Origin: Chrysomallon squamiferum
Taxonomy: Eukaryota > Animalia > Mollusca
DNA: 64,000 nt
Direction: 5' to 3'
NCBI GenBank assembly: GCA_012295275.1
Contig: CM022666.1
Span: 3,038,001 to 3,102,000 of the forward strand
Each line of letters starts with the position of its first letter. Position 1 is the stretch's first letter. Shown in pieces: positions 41,097 through 64,000 of this stretch. Under the pieces are notes generated by a model. The model saw only the letters and a list, made by a program, of their open reading frames with translations, made no database searches and was not told where the DNA came from. Both the position numbers and the translations under genes were made by a program.

Positions 41097-41785
41097 CATG
41101 GACTTCATTTTCATTTCATATTAGTGTACAGGTATACACACAGACACATGCACACACTTGCCTTGTCTTACAGATATAATAAAAAAAGATGTACGAAACT
41201 ACATTTTTTCTTCTTTTTTTGAATTTTTGGGGGTGTTAAATATTATGTATAAATTATTTAAAATGATGTCAACATGTTTGATTAAACAACTTGATCAGTA
41301 TATTATTTATAATTTGTTAAAAATATTAAAATAAATAAATAAAGAATATAGACTTTAGCATAAAATTATCTCTCTTACTGAGTTATTATCAACTGTCTTT
41401 TTCTTGACTATGAAATAAAGTTTTGCATTTTTGTAACTTACTTTTCCTACACAACAGCAAATTTTCATTTTTACATAACACACACATACAGACATCAAAA
41501 AAGTATAAAGGAACACATTTTAATGTTATTACATAGATATTCATGTAAAATGTGCTGTTTAATCAGAATTAAACACTTAGTTAACTAAACACTAACATTT
41601 TGCTAAAATCAACTTTGTGTGTAAAACTACTGAACAAGATAAACCATTTACAAAACAATGCTTTATGAGTGTTTTATTTATTTACAGTTTTAATGTTATT
41701 TTCTTGTTTATATCAGTACATAAGCATGAAAACTTAATGCCGGCTTAAAAAGTTTTTACTGTTATGGAATCCTTTGTAGGGGGGG

Positions 41786-41832
<47 letters not shown>

Positions 41833-43832
41833 TGAGACAGACAGACAGACACCATCATCATGTGTATACAAGTACATTTCAAAACCAGAAGGATAAAGAA
41901 ACAAAACAAACACTTTTATAATGATAATGATTTATTGCAATTTATGTAACCTCCAAGATGCTTGATTCAGTCATGGCAGCTTTTTGTTTATCTTATATAT
42001 AAAAAAAAAAATACCCAACACATTTGATATTTACATATACACACACACACACATACACACAGAGTACTGCCCACATATACAATATATTTATGTACAATAA
42101 GAAATAACAAACTGTCTTAGTAATTTCAAATGAAACAAATTTACGAATTTAAAAAAAAAAAAAATAAATAAATAAATAAAAAAAAAAATGAATCCTTTTG
42201 AAAAAGAAAATACATTTTCTGAAATAAAAGTAAAATAAAAGTGAAATATAAGTGAAAAAAACAAAAAAAACAAAAAGGATTATGTTAATCACCTTTTTCA
42301 CATCCCAGTGAAAATTAGTACCACCAATGAATGTAAATAAAATTATGATTTTTATGATGATGATGATGATAATAAAAAAAAAATAATAATAATAAAAAAT
42401 AATAATAATAAAATTAAATAAGAGTATCAATATAATATATTAACTTTTATAATTCTGAATAACTACATTTGCACAGCTGTATGTGACAACATCAAACACC
42501 ATTCATGGCTAAAAACACATAAATGCTACCAGTGTGGATGTTTATTTACAAATACAAAAATATACAAATTTGTTTAAACCAGATTTATACATTTCATTTC
42601 CCCACTGCTAAACTATAATATTCAAATGAGATCCATAATTTTATTTACATTATCTAGATATGGATTATTAATGTCAAGAGAAAAAAAAACAAAAAATCTT
42701 TTAAACATATTTAATATTTTACCACAACTTTTATCGATATATTGATAAATATATAATTTTTTCCCCAATTTATATCAAACATATCAAAATCCCTTTCATA
42801 GCCACAGAATGAAAAACCTATTTTAACAAAATTAAATTAAAAAATTAAAAATTTGTTGGTCCATTAGCTATTTGTATAAACAGGTGTATTTAAGATGTTT
42901 AGAAACTGCCATTTTATTTTGTTTTATGAAACCTAACACAGCTTGGAAAAAACTCAAATACAAACATTCATTTTTCAATAATTTACAAATTATAAAGGTA
43001 AGCAAAGGTTACTTTATATATATATGTATGTATGTATTTATGTATGTAAATACACATTTTTTTTTGTGTATATAAAGGTAAAATGGCAACCTTACACCTG
43101 CTATTTTATTCATATACTTTATTATTAACAAAGGTTTATCACTATAACCAAAACAAAATTATACAAAAAGAACATTTCCAGATAAATACTGGTACATATT
43201 ATATGCATTAAAATTTGAAACTATATGAAAAGAGATGCCTTTAGCTAGACAAATGTATCTCCTAGTTTGCAAACTACAATACAATTTCAACAACATATTT
43301 TTGTATCGAAGTATATCATTCTTAACTTATAATTTACTATCTCTCTTCTCTGTGTACTCACAGATTTCAACAATACACATTATTAATAATAAAGAAATCA
43401 TCTTAATTAGTATACCTTAATAAAAATGTGTTTCTCATCTTTGCAAACACACATTTTGAAAATATATTTTCTTAGCACTTAAGAATGAATACTTCTGTGT
43501 TCCTTATAACAACAAATCTTATATGGATTTTTTTTATTTTCTCCTTTTTTTGTTTTTGATAATATTCTTTTTTAACATATAAGGAAGGATTAATGAAACC
43601 TTTGCACCAAAATTAATAATACATCTGACAAATGTTTTGATAATATATTTTCATAATGAGTTAGGATTAATGAAAACTTTGCTGACAAAACAATAATATA
43701 TATGTTTTAGACAACAGATTTTAAAAATTAGGCTAACAATACTGAGAGATAATTGTTTTTACCTTTCTTTTTCTTCAACTTTAAAACCACCGATATTAAT
43801 GTATTTTTGTTTGTCCCAGCTAATAACAGTAG

Positions 43833-43903
<71 letters not shown>

Positions 43904-44688
43904 TAATAATAATAAAAACAATAACAATAATGATATTAATAATAATAATAATACTAAAAATAATAATAAAAACAATGATGATGATGATTATGATAATAAT
44001 AATAATAATAAAAATAATAATAATCACTACTACTGCTACTAATAATAAAAATCTTTATCCCCTCCTCTCATTATATACAAAATTTAAATGTTTTAAAAAA
44101 AACAGTCAAATATCAGTATCTGATAACTAAATCTCTCACTCATTCTCACTAATGATCAAGTGTATGATACAAAAATGACAGCCACAGTGCTTTGATAAAT
44201 TCTAAACTTTTTAGTTATTTGTATGCAAATAATACCCCACAGCAGATAAACCAAGCTTTCTGATAATTAGTGTGTGTATGTGTGCATGTGCATGTGTATA
44301 CACATTTGTATTACATATCTTTGTGCGTGCATGCGCATACATGGAAGCATAGATATTAATTCTCATAGATATTTTATACATCTCTATTCATACATATTAT
44401 ATATATATCTCTATGTCATATTTGTTATTATATATCTCTATAATATTATATGCCAAACATGATATACCTATATCATTCATATTGACTATATCGTTATATC
44501 AATCACACATTAGATAAATATCACACATGATATAGTACGATATTAGAGCTGTGTCAGATGTATCTGTAGCATACATGCTAATGTATGTGTGTATGACATG
44601 ATGTAACTGAGGTCACTATTTAAATTACGTGAGCTGTATGGGTGTGTAAATCACAGAACGTTAAAAAACTCAGATCTTGTCTTCTCTG

Positions 44689-63604
<18,916 letters not shown>

Positions 63605-64000
63605 CTGAAAATAAAATATTTTGCAATACTATAAAAAAATCTTATATATCAAATATTATCATTATATGTATAGGTAAGTATAAATATATCTGTATGTGCA
63701 TGTTGTTATTTTTACAGTCAGCTGTTAACGGTAAAATTTAATATACTGCCAAGATAATTGCTGTGTTATATATGTCTTATTACACTTGGTAGTTGGTATA
63801 ACTATTAACACTGGTTACACTAACACTGTAAACAAAAACAGCCATACTTTGTCAAGAATAATTATAAATTATGAGTGGCAGTATGATAAATAAAATTTAT
63901 AAAATATTCAGAATTAAATGAAGCTTTAAACATATACACTGATGAATGTGGTGTAGTAACTAACATGTCACTTTCACTTGTCAAGATGTCACTGTCACAG

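Overview
Very AT-rich, microsatellite-laden eukaryotic DNA, almost certainly animal and probably a mollusc (gastropod-like repeats; this is inference). Four protein-coding genes were reconstructed by hand from GT-AG junctions and reading-phase continuity. (1) SUCLA2 (+, 11 exons, 6269-14695). (2) A single-coding-exon class A peptide GPCR of the FMRFamide-receptor/GPR139-142-like group (-, 22022-20434). (3) A group I p21-activated kinase (+, 14 coding exons, 28272-35332). (4) COG3 (-, 20 exons in the window, 63604-44689, 5' end outside the window). Nearly all other ORFs in the supplied track are microsatellite artefacts. The main observations are: two frame-preserving cassette/microexons (18 and 45 nt) with neural-type splicing motifs hidden in the one very long COG3 intron; six local duplications that copy splice junctions; two copies of a MITE bracketing the GPCR coding exon; and indels in SUCLA2, the GPCR and COG3 that most likely reflect long-read consensus errors.
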